Shown one piece after another: positions 30,601 to 42,027 of a stretch of DNA of 64,000 bases (its first letter is position 1; every line of letters starts with the position of its first letter). Position numbers and translations under genes: made by a program. Origin of the DNA: Escherichia coli (GTDB taxonomy: Bacteria; Pseudomonadota; Gammaproteobacteria; Enterobacterales; Enterobacteriaceae); assembly GCF_009931435.1 (NCBI RefSeq), contig NZ_CP043414.1, one strand, 5' to 3'. The notes under the pieces are model-generated. The model was not told where the DNA came from. It was given only the letters and a program-made list of their open reading frames with translations, and did not search any database.

Positions 30601-33600
30601 TAACGGCGCACAGGCCATCGGCGGCGATACGCCGGTTTACGTCAGTTGCCTGACGACGGCGAACAAACCTGCCAGCAGCATTACGCTGGATGTGGTTGAT
30701 AACGCACAGTGGGCTGCCGGAAATAACGCGGCGAAGCTGAAAAAAGGCGAAACGCTACGGGTTAAGGTAACGGTAAAAGATGCGCAGGGTAATCCGCTCA
30801 CGGATATGCCATTTAAACTGAGTCGCGGAGACGGTTATACCCGCACGGGCGAAAAACATATTGCCGGTAGTGGCGATGCGCTGGTGGCACCGGTGGTGAT
30901 TAACAGTGGGCTGGCGGATGAAACGACGTTGAACGACACCGCGGGATTTTATACTGCCATGACCGGTAGCGACGGCAGCAAAATCCTCAATATTACCCGC
31001 CCGGATACTCACGGCACCAAAACGGCGCTGACGGCGACGTTGTATTCCGATCCAACAAAAAAAGACAGCCTGGATACAATCTTTACTGTGGTCACCAGCC
31101 CGGATAGTAGCAAAGCGAAAATGTGGGGGCATATGCCGGAAACGGTGACGGCTGCGGACGGTACGGTATTTAAACGCCCGCTGTTGTTGAAGGAACTGGC
31201 CTATCAGACTGGGCGAACATCGACGTCTGAAGACAATGAAAACTGGGCGTTGTTTAACATTAATTATGCGAGTTCTTCCACGACGTATAGTGGCTGTGGA
31301 ACCAACTATATTCCGACTCAAGCCGGTCTGACGTCACTGTTTGCTAATAATGCGGGCAACACCATGAAAACCGTGCAGGGCTGGCCGGTGGCAACACGCT
31401 ATTTGTCCAACACGTCCGACAACGGCAGCATGGAGCAGCGTAACTACAAGGCGGTAGATCTCAGCAATGGCACGAGTGCGGCAGTGTCATCAACGGCGCT
31501 GCAACTGCTGACCTGCCAGACCACGCCGGTAACCACGGTGGGCCAAATTCTGCTGGAAGCGGCAGATCCGGCGACGCTGGATACCACCTATAACGTGGTA
31601 AAAGCGAAAAAAGGCGAAGAATCCGTGGTGCGCGTCACCACCAAAGATACGCAAGGCAACCTGGTGGGCAATACGGCATTTATCCTGACGCGTGCCAACA
31701 GCGTGAGTCGGGCTAACGCATCAGCAACCGCGAGCGTGGGCGCGCTGACGGTGACGGATGCTTGGGGAAATACGCGAAATAATTTCCAGTCGACGAGTGA
31801 AACGATTTACGGCGTGACTGGTGCAGACGGGTCAACGACATTTACCCTGAAACAGGATAACAGTACCGGGTTAAGAACCGATCTCACGGCAAAACTGGAT
31901 ACGTCCAGCAGCGTCAAGGCGACGCTACCGGTGGTCTTTACTGTCGTGACCAGCCCGGATTCGCCAAAAGCGAATTTTTGGGGACATATGGCCGAAACGG
32001 TGATGGCCTCCGACGGTACAATCTATAAACGACCACTGTTGTTGAAAGAGCTGAGTAACACCAGTGGTCGAAATTCTACGGCTGAAAACGGTGAAGATTG
32101 GGCAAGATTCACCTGGACTCAGTCGGCTGACACCAGCATGAATGGGTGTGGTACAGATTATATGCCGACGCTGGATGGACTGAAGTCTTTGTATGACGCC
32201 AATAGCGGTAATGTGATGAGTACGGTGCAGGGATGGCCGGTAAAAACGACCTATCTCACCAATACCCCGAGTGATACGCAAACAGGGAGCCGTTACTACA
32301 ATGTGGTGCAACTGAATACTGGTGCAGTCTCACAAATCTCGACGAACACAGTCGTGCAACAAACCTGCCGCACAACGCCGTTGACGGCTGCTAGCCAGAT
32401 TACGCTGGAGGCCTCAGACCCCTCGCAATTTGTCAGCATTGACAGTACGCTTAGCGCGATCAAAGTGCAGAAAGGCGATAGCGTGTCGATCCGCATTTCG
32501 ACTAAAGATGCACAGGGGAATTTAGTCGGCAATACGCCGTTTGCCCTGAAACACGCTAACCCGGTCAATCGCCAAAATGTGGCGTCAACATCGCAGAAAG
32601 TGTCGGTCACGACTGCGTCGGGTACGACGGTGGATACCACTGCATCGACCATTCTGTATGGCGTGACCGGGCCAGACGGAACCACCACGATGACACTCCG
32701 ACAGGATGTGTCTACTGGACTCAAAACCGACTTTTATGCTCTGTTGAACGATACCGGCGTGTCGTCGAACACCTTGCCAGTGATCTTCACCGTCGTCACC
32801 AGCCCGGATACACCGCTGGCGGCCAACTGGGGGCATATGGCGGAAACCTTTACCAGCAGCAAGGGCGTCACCTTCAAACGGCCTTTCCTCAAAGCTGAAC
32901 TTTCTGGTGGTACGGCGGTAACGACCAATAATGAAGTCTGGTCGCGCCTGACAGCAACGGAGAAAACGGATGCCAGCAAGGCTGGGTGTGATGAGAGTTA
33001 TCAACCGCTGATGACTGACATGCAGGGGTTGTATGCGGATTACCCTAACAACCAGTTGGGCACGGTGCTCGGCTTGCCGACTTCCGCCGGGTATATGTGG
33101 GCCTACGACATGATGACGGTTTCTGGCAGCAGCTGGAGCAACCAGGCATATTCGCTCGTTAATGGTCAGACAGTTCAGGCATCGTCCAGTTATACGGCGG
33201 TAGTGATGTGCCTGGTGGAACCGCATACCGTTCCGGCGATGATAGAGATCACTTCAACAGCACAGGATGCGGCAAAAACGGTCAGCAATGGTGGTCGACC
33301 GAGCGCCGTAGCGAAGAAAGGTGAGACGATTCCGCTGACGGTGACCGTACGTGATAGCACCGGGAATCCGGTACCCTACGCCGACTTTACCCTCACGCGT
33401 GGAACGACGCTGGATCGCTCGAAAGCAACCGTTAACTCGAGTGCGGACGATCTTACCGTGAAGTCATTGATACCCGCGAACAGCGACGCTGGGCTGACGG
33501 CAAATGGGGCAAAAGTGCTCAGAACAACGGGCAGTGATGGCACAGCCACCTTTGAAGTGAGCCAGAATGCCACGACAGGTCTGGCGACACCGATAACCGT

Positions 33601-35761
33601 CACGCTGGCGCGCGATACAACCAAAACCGCCACGCTGGATGTTATCTACACGGTGATAACCAGCCCGGACTCACCGAGCGCGAAATTCTGGGGATACATG
33701 CCGGACACCTTTACCAGTTCGGCAGGCGTCACCTTCAGACGACCGCTCCTGAAAGCCGAAGCGACTTCAGGGTCATCGATTAGCACTAACGGCAATGGTG
33801 AAGTGTGGTCGTATATGAGCAACGTTCAAAATTTAACATCGACAGATTGTCCGCTGGAGAATCAACCGCGCAGTAATGAATTGTTGGATTTGTATAATGA
33901 TCATCCCAACGGCGCGATAATGACTGACCTGGGGCTGCCGATATATGCAGGCAAGTGGTGGGCTTATGATATGGTCATGCCGGATTTATATACGTGGCAG
34001 TATCAGACTGTCAGCCTGAGCGCAGGAGATATCGCGAAGAGCTCGGCAAACAACGCGCTGATGCTTTGCCTGGCGAAGCCGCATCCGGCAGGCGTCAGCG
34101 TAATGTTGACGTCATCCGCAATGGATAACGCCAGAACCCTCAGTAATGGCGGGCGACCCAGCGCGTCAGTGAAAAAAGGTAACCCACTGCCAATTGTGGT
34201 GACGGTCAAAGATCGTGATGGCAACCCGCTGGCGGGAGAGGCCGTTACGCTCAGGCGTGGTTCAGCGATGAGCCGTTCAGGAGCAGGAGTGGGCACGCCG
34301 GCAAATGCAATGACGTTGACAGAGTTGACACCTGTGTCGGCGGAGTTTTCTCTGGCCGCACACGATACGCAATGGCAAGGTTTCACCGGCAGTGATGGTA
34401 CGGCCACTTTCAATGTTGAACAGCCTGAGACCATCGGCCTGGCCATTCCGTTCACCGCTATACTGGCGCGAGATGTCGCAACTACCAGCGTCCTTGATAC
34501 GATCTTTACCGTCGTCACCAGCCCGGATTCCGCAATGGCGACCTACTGGGGCCATATGCCGGATACGGTAACGGCGGAAAACGGCGTGGTCTTTGAACGG
34601 CCTAAATTGTTGAAAGAGCTGCCGTCGAGCGCCGGAGTCAGTCAGGTGACGGATAACAATGAAGTGTGGCCGTTGTTTAAGGCAACGCAAAGGGAAGATA
34701 GCAGCCTCAGTCCTTGTGAAGCGGCACGTCGGCCATTGAGCGATGATTTATTATCGCTCTACGCGCGCTATCCGGGGAACACGCTGACGACTCAAATCGG
34801 CTGGTCTACGAAGTATGCATGGTGGGCACTGGATAACAAGCAGGGGAATGCCCTGGTTGTCAGTCTGAATAATGGTTTTGAGTCGTCGACGGCGAGTACG
34901 GGGTATCAGGGATGTCTGGTCAATCCCCGCGCGACCGTCTCCAGCGTCACGCTGACATCGACGGTGATAGATGCCACTACGCAGGCGGCGAAGGTAAAAA
35001 AAGGTGAAGCCGCGCCCGTCGTTGTTACCGTAAAAGACAGCGCCGGGAAGCCGGTACCGAATGTCGCTTTCACCTTAAAACGTGGTGATGCCGTGCCGCG
35101 TAACAGCGGGGCGACGTTGTATGGTGATGTTGCGGCGATGGATGATATGACGGTACAACCTGCCAGCGGGACGGTGGTAACGCTGGCTGACAGTGGGAAT
35201 ACGATCGACGGTGTGACAGGGGCGGACGGTACGGCAAGTTTTGCCGTTCGTCAGGATAATACGCCAGGATATAAAACGCCGTTGACGGTGACGCTGACGG
35301 ATAACGCCACAATAACGGCGACGCTGGATACGATTTTCACCGTGCCGACCAGCCCGAATGTCGCCACGGCGTATTTCTGGGGGCATATGGCGGATACCGC
35401 CACCGTAAGTGGCAAGACGTTACATCGCCCGCTATTGCAATCAGAGTTGCCGTCAGGGGCTACAGCGGCAGTAGCGCCAACGGTGAATAATGAAATCTGG
35501 GCGCTGGCACATGTGATCGATGCTCAAAAATGGGATATTGCAAAGCAGTGCGGTGACTTTAGTAGAGCACCGAGCTATACCGATTTACAGTCGTTACATA
35601 GCAGCTTTAGCGCGCTGGGATGGCCATCATCGATAAGCTTCCCCTATTTCTCTACCGATCGGGCCGGTTCGTTCTATTGTGGCATGGATGAAGGGGCGGG
35701 GACACAAAACTGCGGTATTCAGGCATCCAGTACTGCGGGGTTTGCAACCTGTTTCCAGTAG
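27677..35761 (+). CDS. ratA: Giant RatA/RatB-like repetitive surface or secreted protein (Big_1-type Ig-like domains)
   Basis: 2694-aa uninterrupted ORF; N-terminal signal ([17 protein letters not shown]); nine tandem repeats each with a Big_1-like strand (e.g. [13 protein letters not shown]), a TSPD motif and a WGHM motif; last gene of island, convergent with xseA. Confidence 0.65.
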   Translation: MSVCLKPGKIIMLLGMLAAFMLSDFARAGAEWQTYPDSTGEFNGTVPFADSASVPVYQGSVQLNPAESHDVGFSAKPNEFSVDDDAANLIVANPQDNEGDQFSTPPALRWENQTPPTVSLVWADAATPDVPLNPQPIANRSFCAQGLAGRSLVAWPQIDAQQTLPLLYLLTSTGYPYAGTVALVDQKVTLNIAPAQGDLISVSASGYNETIAAAKTTVGDTITLTVTTKDCQGNVAGNIPFIIKRKDAENRQGAVNNSAPVVLDSTELTTTATEYHGTSDSNGTATITVSQPNGPGVKTPLVVSISGIAQTSETAVIFTVLTSPDVAQATMWGHMAETVEAHGYTFSRPKLAAEVSNESATVVDHNETWSTFTWSGADSHCTVLPGMRHFGALATVIPTSVQTALGWPMQGDYYWSSLAGTTGQHHAADVSNRSETQKPDSTPFLVSCVDKPAPDVEPKIVLTPENYDDTAQAMKSQVGEDATMRLTITDNKNNDQPLAYYYFSLHLDDGVNRKNQTDSAWEAHPVQITGGSNLQQVDAHTYEGMTDVNGQASLTLSQPDGAGVKTHITAKMRSNFTATDAKDVIFTVITSPDSDKARMWGHMRGIVVSGSLFKRPVLADETEHELGSVRENDEDWALFDQDTSMQAECGVGHTPRQSGLESLFSAHPGNAIGTEYGWPTAQQSYLSAVEQATHSSVNLGNGNVDSYSGFKQNYLSCSGNEMVAKVEVSTDHDITPGSKAQAKVGDTIVMTVRTINALNNTPVPFTAFTITKGMGYNRAGLVSGFDDPSSGAISMNGTQYGTSQPSMVYTGTTDAQGVATVEIEQPQGVGLRTVLSITPVNSHLPNAINYNVIFTTPTSPDVSGAQMWGHMDETITVDSLTFTRPKLAAEIASPDGTLTEKNEVWARVSQASTAITSKGGCGTNMLPRRSQLSALYDANNGNAVQATHGWPTQRQPYWSSSPADLTPHNYTIALDNGAQAIGGDTPVYVSCLTTANKPASSITLDVVDNAQWAAGNNAAKLKKGETLRVKVTVKDAQGNPLTDMPFKLSRGDGYTRTGEKHIAGSGDALVAPVVINSGLADETTLNDTAGFYTAMTGSDGSKILNITRPDTHGTKTALTATLYSDPTKKDSLDTIFTVVTSPDSSKAKMWGHMPETVTAADGTVFKRPLLLKELAYQTGRTSTSEDNENWALFNINYASSSTTYSGCGTNYIPTQAGLTSLFANNAGNTMKTVQGWPVATRYLSNTSDNGSMEQRNYKAVDLSNGTSAAVSSTALQLLTCQTTPVTTVGQILLEAADPATLDTTYNVVKAKKGEESVVRVTTKDTQGNLVGNTAFILTRANSVSRANASATASVGALTVTDAWGNTRNNFQSTSETIYGVTGADGSTTFTLKQDNSTGLRTDLTAKLDTSSSVKATLPVVFTVVTSPDSPKANFWGHMAETVMASDGTIYKRPLLLKELSNTSGRNSTAENGEDWARFTWTQSADTSMNGCGTDYMPTLDGLKSLYDANSGNVMSTVQGWPVKTTYLTNTPSDTQTGSRYYNVVQLNTGAVSQISTNTVVQQTCRTTPLTAASQITLEASDPSQFVSIDSTLSAIKVQKGDSVSIRISTKDAQGNLVGNTPFALKHANPVNRQNVASTSQKVSVTTASGTTVDTTASTILYGVTGPDGTTTMTLRQDVSTGLKTDFYALLNDTGVSSNTLPVIFTVVTSPDTPLAANWGHMAETFTSSKGVTFKRPFLKAELSGGTAVTTNNEVWSRLTATEKTDASKAGCDESYQPLMTDMQGLYADYPNNQLGTVLGLPTSAGYMWAYDMMTVSGSSWSNQAYSLVNGQTVQASSSYTAVVMCLVEPHTVPAMIEITSTAQDAAKTVSNGGRPSAVAKKGETIPLTVTVRDSTGNPVPYADFTLTRGTTLDRSKATVNSSADDLTVKSLIPANSDAGLTANGAKVLRTTGSDGTATFEVSQNATTGLATPITVTLARDTTKTATLDVIYTVITSPDSPSAKFWGYMPDTFTSSAGVTFRRPLLKAEATSGSSISTNGNGEVWSYMSNVQNLTSTDCPLENQPRSNELLDLYNDHPNGAIMTDLGLPIYAGKWWAYDMVMPDLYTWQYQTVSLSAGDIAKSSANNALMLCLAKPHPAGVSVMLTSSAMDNARTLSNGGRPSASVKKGNPLPIVVTVKDRDGNPLAGEAVTLRRGSAMSRSGAGVGTPANAMTLTELTPVSAEFSLAAHDTQWQGFTGSDGTATFNVEQPETIGLAIPFTAILARDVATTSVLDTIFTVVTSPDSAMATYWGHMPDTVTAENGVVFERPKLLKELPSSAGVSQVTDNNEVWPLFKATQREDSSLSPCEAARRPLSDDLLSLYARYPGNTLTTQIGWSTKYAWWALDNKQGNALVVSLNNGFESSTASTGYQGCLVNPRATVSSVTLTSTVIDATTQAAKVKKGEAAPVVVTVKDSAGKPVPNVAFTLKRGDAVPRNSGATLYGDVAAMDDMTVQPASGTVVTLADSGNTIDGVTGADGTASFAVRQDNTPGYKTPLTVTLTDNATITATLDTIFTVPTSPNVATAYFWGHMADTATVSGKTLHRPLLQSELPSGATAAVAPTVNNEIWALAHVIDAQKWDIAKQCGDFSRAPSYTDLQSLHSSFSALGWPSSISFPYFSTDRAGSFYCGMDEGAGTQNCGIQASSTAGFATCFQ
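28640..35400 (+). repeat. Nine tandem, divergent coding repeats (period 804-861 nt) inside the ratA-like gene
   Basis: The tgg-ggN-cat/tac-atg (WGHM/WGYM) motif recurs at 28670, 29474, 30278, 31124, 31979, 32828, 33689, 34547, 35378; each is preceded by accagcccgga (TSPD). Confidence 0.85.
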
Positions 35762-35816
35762 TCTTAACGGGTCTGTAAATGGGGGCCAAGATGTAAATAA
35801 GATTCGCAATACGTCA

Positions 35817-37214
<1,398 letters not shown>

Positions 37215-37261
37215 TTATTCAGTCGATAGTAACCCGCCCTCCGGGGATAGCAAGCATTTTT

Positions 37262-37310
37262 TGCAAAAAGGGGTAGATGCAATCGGTTACGCTCTGTATA
37301 ATGCCGCGGC
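37262..37310 (+). promoter_or_regulatory. Probable guaBA promoter (-10 tataat at 37297-37302, GC-rich discriminator gccgcggc)
   Basis: Consensus -10 hexamer about 45 nt upstream of guaB ATG with upstream A/T tract; the -35 element is not confidently placed. Confidence 0.45.
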
Positions 37311-37345
37311 AATATTTATTAACCACTCTGGTCGAGATATTGCCC

Positions 37346-38812
37346 ATGCTACGTATCGCTAAAGAAGCTCTGACGTTTGACGACGTTCTCCTCGTTCCTG
37401 CACATTCTACCGTTCTGCCGAATACCGCTGACCTCAGCACCCAGCTGACGAAAACTATTCGTCTGAATATCCCTATGCTCTCCGCAGCAATGGATACCGT
37501 AACGGAAGCGCGCCTGGCTATCGCCCTGGCTCAGGAAGGCGGTATCGGCTTTATCCACAAAAACATGTCCATTGAACGCCAGGCTGAAGAAGTTCGCCGC
37601 GTGAAAAAACACGAATCTGGCGTGGTAACCGATCCGCAGACTGTTCTGCCGACAACCACCCTGCGTGAAGTGAAAGAACTGACCGAGCGTAACGGCTTTG
37701 CAGGCTATCCGGTAGTTACCGAAGAAAACGAACTGGTCGGCATCATCACCGGTCGTGACGTGCGTTTTGTTACCGACCTGAACCAGCCGGTCAGCGTTTA
37801 CATGACGCCGAAAGAGCGTCTGGTAACCGTGCGTGAAGGCGAAGCCCGTGAAGTTGTGCTGGCAAAAATGCACGAAAAACGCGTTGAAAAAGCGCTGGTG
37901 GTTGATGATGAATTCCACCTGATCGGCATGATCACTGTGAAGGACTTCCAGAAAGCGGAGCGTAAACCGAACGCCTGTAAAGACGAGCAAGGCCGTCTGC
38001 GTGTTGGTGCAGCGGTTGGTGCAGGTGCGGGTAACGAAGAGCGTGTTGATGCGCTGGTTGCCGCAGGCGTTGACGTTCTGCTGATCGACTCCTCTCACGG
38101 TCACTCTGAAGGCGTTCTGCAGCGTATCCGTGAAACTCGCGCTAAATATCCTGATCTGCAAATCATCGGCGGCAACGTGGCAACAGCTGCAGGTGCCCGC
38201 GCGCTGGCAGAAGCCGGTTGCAGTGCCGTTAAAGTGGGTATCGGCCCTGGTTCTATTTGTACTACCCGCATTGTTACTGGCGTCGGTGTTCCGCAGATCA
38301 CCGCCGTTGCTGACGCAGTAGAAGCCCTGGAAGGCACCGGGATTCCGGTTATCGCAGACGGTGGTATTCGTTTCTCTGGCGATATCGCGAAAGCTATCGC
38401 TGCTGGTGCAAGCGCGGTGATGGTAGGCTCCATGCTGGCGGGTACTGAAGAATCCCCGGGTGAAATCGAACTCTACCAGGGCCGTTCTTACAAGTCTTAC
38501 CGTGGGATGGGCTCTCTGGGCGCGATGTCCAAAGGTTCTTCTGACCGTTACTTCCAGAGCGACAACGCTGCCGACAAACTGGTGCCGGAAGGTATCGAAG
38601 GCCGTGTAGCCTACAAAGGTCGTCTGAAAGAGATCATTCACCAGCAGATGGGCGGCCTGCGCTCCTGTATGGGCCTGACCGGCTGTGGTACTATCGACGA
38701 ACTGCGTACTAAAGCGGAGTTTGTACGTATCAGCGGTGCGGGCATTCAGGAAAGCCACGTTCACGACGTGACCATTACTAAAGAGTCCCCGAACTACCGT
38801 CTGGGCTCCTGA
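37346..38812 (+). CDS. guaB: IMP dehydrogenase
   Basis: ORF 37277-38812; ATG at 37346 gives [16 protein letters not shown]... (488 aa); catalytic Cys loop [11 protein letters not shown]. Confidence 0.97.
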
Positions 38813-38880
38813 TTCTCTTCGCCCGACTTCATGTCGGGCGATTTATATTATCTGTTTCACTTGCCTCGGAATAAGCGTCA

Positions 38881-40458
38881 ATGACGGAAAACATTCATAA
38901 GCATCGCATCCTCATTCTGGACTTCGGTTCTCAGTACACCCAACTGGTTGCGCGCCGCGTGCGTGAACTGGGTGTTTACTGCGAACTGTGGGCGTGGGAT
39001 GTGACAGAAGCACAAATTCGTGACTTCAATCCAAGCGGCATTATTCTTTCCGGCGGCCCGGAAAGCACCACCGAAGAAAACAGCCCGCGTGCGCCGCAGT
39101 ATGTCTTTGAAGCAGGCGTACCGGTATTCGGCGTTTGCTATGGTATGCAGACCATGGCAATGCAGTTGGGTGGTCATGTTGAAGCCTCTAACGAACGTGA
39201 ATTTGGCTATGCGCAGGTTGAAGTCGTAAACGACAGCGCACTGGTTCGCGGTATCGAAGATGCTCTGACAGCAGACGGTAAACCTCTGCTCGATGTCTGG
39301 ATGAGCCACGGCGATAAAGTTACCGCTATCCCGTCCGACTTCATCACCGTAGCCAGCACCGAAAGCTGCCCGTTCGCCATCATGGCAAATGAAGAAAAAC
39401 GCTTCTATGGCGTACAGTTCCACCCGGAAGTGACTCATACCCGCCAGGGGATGCGCATGCTGGAGCGTTTTGTGCGTGATATCTGCCAGTGTGAAGCCCT
39501 GTGGACGCCAGCGAAAATTATCGACGATGCAGTAGCCCGTATCCGCGAGCAGGTAGGCGACGATAAAGTGATCCTCGGCCTCTCTGGTGGCGTGGATTCC
39601 TCCGTGACTGCAATGCTGCTGCACCGCGCAATCGGCAAAAACCTGACTTGCGTATTCGTTGACAACGGCCTGCTGCGTCTCAACGAAGCAGAGCAGGTTC
39701 TGGATATGTTTGGCGATCACTTTGGTCTGAACATTGTTCACGTTCCGGCAGAAGATCGCTTCTTGTCAGCGCTGGCTGGTGAAAACGATCCGGAAGCAAA
39801 ACGTAAAATCATCGGTCGCGTTTTCGTTGAAGTATTCGATGAAGAAGCGCTGAAACTGGAAGATGTGAAGTGGCTGGCGCAGGGTACTATCTACCCTGAT
39901 GTTATCGAATCTGCCGCGTCTGCAACCGGTAAAGCTCACGTCATCAAATCTCACCACAACGTGGGCGGCCTGCCGAAAGAGATGAAGATGGGCCTGGTTG
40001 AACCGCTGAAAGAGCTGTTCAAAGACGAAGTGCGTAAAATTGGTCTGGAGCTGGGCCTGCCGTACGACATGCTGTACCGTCACCCGTTCCCGGGACCAGG
40101 GCTTGGCGTTCGTGTGCTGGGCGAAGTGAAGAAAGAGTACTGCGACCTGCTGCGCCGTGCTGATGCCATCTTCATTGAAGAACTGCGTAAAGCGGACCTG
40201 TACGACAAAGTTAGCCAGGCGTTTACCGTGTTCCTGCCGGTACGTTCTGTTGGCGTAATGGGCGATGGTCGTAAATACGACTGGGTTGTGTCTCTGCGTG
40301 CCGTCGAAACCATCGACTTTATGACCGCACACTGGGCACATCTGCCGTACGATTTCCTTGGTCGCGTTTCCAACCGCATTATCAATGAAGTGAACGGTAT
40401 TTCCCGCGTGGTGTATGACATCAGCGGCAAGCCGCCAGCGACTATTGAGTGGGAGTAG
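38881..40458 (+). CDS. guaA: GMP synthase (glutamine-hydrolysing)
   Basis: 525-aa ORF; GATase motif GVCYGMQ; PP-loop SGGVDSSV; C-terminal ...PPATIEWE. Confidence 0.97.
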
Positions 40459-40503
40459 GACTGGCTATAAATAGTAAATTAAGCCTTTCCAACTAACTTT
40501 AAT

Positions 40504-40536
40504 GCCAGTCAGTTTGCTGACTGGCATTTTTTATTG
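40504..40536 (+). terminator. guaA rho-independent terminator (gccagtcagtttgctgactggc then attttttatt)
   Basis: Perfect hairpin plus T-tract 45 nt after guaA stop. Confidence 0.7.
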
Positions 40537-40604
40537 GTTTTTCATTGAGTTTATGACTTCTATTTTTAAGGCCGTAACTCTATAACATCGGCTATGGCCT
40601 AAAG

Positions 40605-40632
40605 ATAAAAGCCATTACCAACAAAATGGCGG
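40605..40632 (-). terminator. Probable minus-strand terminator downstream of the membrane receiver-like gene
   Basis: Minus-strand reading gccattttgttggtaatggc followed by ttttatcttt; lies about 120 nt downstream of the ORF ending at 40753. Confidence 0.45.
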
Positions 40633-40752
40633 TATTCCAAAACAGTCTAGCCGGAAGTGCTTACAATGAGATCGATCAAATCGACAAATGAGATACTGGC
40701 CGTTGTGAGCGCCCGGCAACCGTAGCCGTAGGGGGCGAATTTAATGGCTTTG

Positions 40753-41529
40753 TTATGAGCCATTGGTAATCGCACCCATGACAATTTGAAAGAGTTCTTC
40801 TGCTCGATTAGTGGAGCCAATTGCACCTCTTTCTCTCGCCATTCTCTTGTGCTCTGGTAGATCTGAGGACGCATAGATCATAAAAGGAGTTTTGTCTCCC
40901 ATTGCGCGTAATCTTTCTAGTAAGACATAACCTTCTTGCGCCCCTTCTTTGCGATCCATATCCGAAATAATAGCTGCAAACTTATTTGTTTTTAACAATT
41001 CCAAGGCTTCGTCAGTTGAAAGAGCTAAAGCGAACTCTATTCCCTGTGCCTCAAATGCCTGTCTTTCGTAAACATTATTTTCTGGTCGATCATCCACCCA
41101 TAAAATACGATTTCGCCATTTTTCATGCTTACTCTGCCGTTTTGCATTGGATACAACGTTGACGATTTTTTGCAGTTGGCTTTCAGTGACCCCTGCACTA
41201 TTTTCAGGCTGTTTTGCTGTGGCGGCGGTCAATGATGCTGCTGTAGCTATTTGCGCTCTTAAAAAATTATTTTCATCTTTGAAATCTGACGGCCCGTAAA
41301 GCTTATTATGATGTTTCGCAACAAGCCAGAGAAAGCCAAGAAACACAATGACAGGAAAGAAAACCATGAAATAAATAAGGGGAGCTATATGCTCTGATAA
41401 GCCATTACCAAAGCCAACGACGAAAGAGGCAAATCCATAAACGAGAACAATAAAGAGTGCAATGATACCAAGAGGGCTTTTGGTAAATCCTATTGCAGTT
41501 TCAGCAAATTTCTCTGGTTCCATATCCAT
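40753..41529 (-). CDS. Hypothetical membrane protein: two N-terminal TM helices plus a C-terminal CheY-like receiver-like domain (accessory gene, not in K-12 layout)
   Basis: 258-aa ORF; TM segments GIIALFIVLVYGFASFVVGF and IAPLIYFMVFFPVIVFLGFLWLV; C-terminal REC-like pattern ILWVDDRPENN / AAIISDMDR / TPFMIYASSD / GAIGSTNRAEEL with N/R where the conserved REC Lys is expected; AT-rich codon usage. Confidence 0.7.
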   Translation of the reverse strand: MDMEPEKFAETAIGFTKSPLGIIALFIVLVYGFASFVVGFGNGLSEHIAPLIYFMVFFPVIVFLGFLWLVAKHHNKLYGPSDFKDENNFLRAQIATAASLTAATAKQPENSAGVTESQLQKIVNVVSNAKRQSKHEKWRNRILWVDDRPENNVYERQAFEAQGIEFALALSTDEALELLKTNKFAAIISDMDRKEGAQEGYVLLERLRAMGDKTPFMIYASSDLPEHKRMARERGAIGSTNRAEELFQIVMGAITNGS

Positions 41530-41616
41530 CCTCAGTATTGCTCATAACACAGTTAAGTTGTATTAGATCAGACCTGATCTGACAATTACCGGCTATTTAT
41601 AAAGGTATCTGTCAGA

Positions 41617-42012
41617 TTACATCTGGCTTAAGTTTTTCTCATCCCAGATGTGCTTTCCATCAAGTAACGTTTCCATCGGCGTTCGGCCACTGCACATTTT
41701 TCCCTGATGGGTTCGCTCATTATTATAGTGAACCCGCCATTCATCAAGAACCGATTGTAATGCTTCAAGATCATCATATAACTTTTTGCGGAACGTCACC
41801 TGATAAAACTCGTTCAGTATCGTTTTATGGAACTGCTCGCAGATACTATTGGTCTTAGATGACATTGCTTTCGTTTTCGTATGCTCAATATCATTTATCG
41901 CCAGATAAAGCTGGTAATCATGCTGCTCCACTTTACCGCAATCTCTTGGTGTATTGAGAGGCGGGTTATAAAATAAATACTGATACCATGAGGGCGGATC
42001 AATCGTGGTCAT
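41617..42012 (-). pseudogene. Truncated DDE (rve-type) transposase, C-terminal fragment only: IS remnant
   Basis: 131-aa ORF with integrase-core C-terminal signatures NSICEQFHKTILNEF and WRVHYNNERTHQG...GRTP; upstream DD catalytic region and DNA-binding N-terminus are absent. Confidence 0.6.
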
Positions 42013-42027
42013 AGTATCAGGTCATTC

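Noticed and set aside
28369-35386. Numerous 80-210-aa minus-strand and alternate-frame ORFs within the ratA-like gene
   Set aside because: All lie inside one continuous 2694-aa plus-strand ORF with repeat structure; their translations are Arg/Pro-rich antisense artefacts
27750-35500. Periodic repeats in the ratA-like gene as a possible CRISPR array or IS cluster
   Set aside because: Repeat period is 804-861 nt, in-frame and protein-coding (Ig-like domain repeats); no short direct repeats with unique spacers and no cas genes
37349-38764. 471-aa minus-strand ORF antisense to guaB
   Set aside because: Overlaps the highly conserved IMP dehydrogenase gene on the opposite strand; typical GC-rich antisense open frame
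38878-39741. 287-aa minus-strand ORF antisense to guaA
   Set aside because: Shadow ORF inside conserved GMP synthase coding sequence
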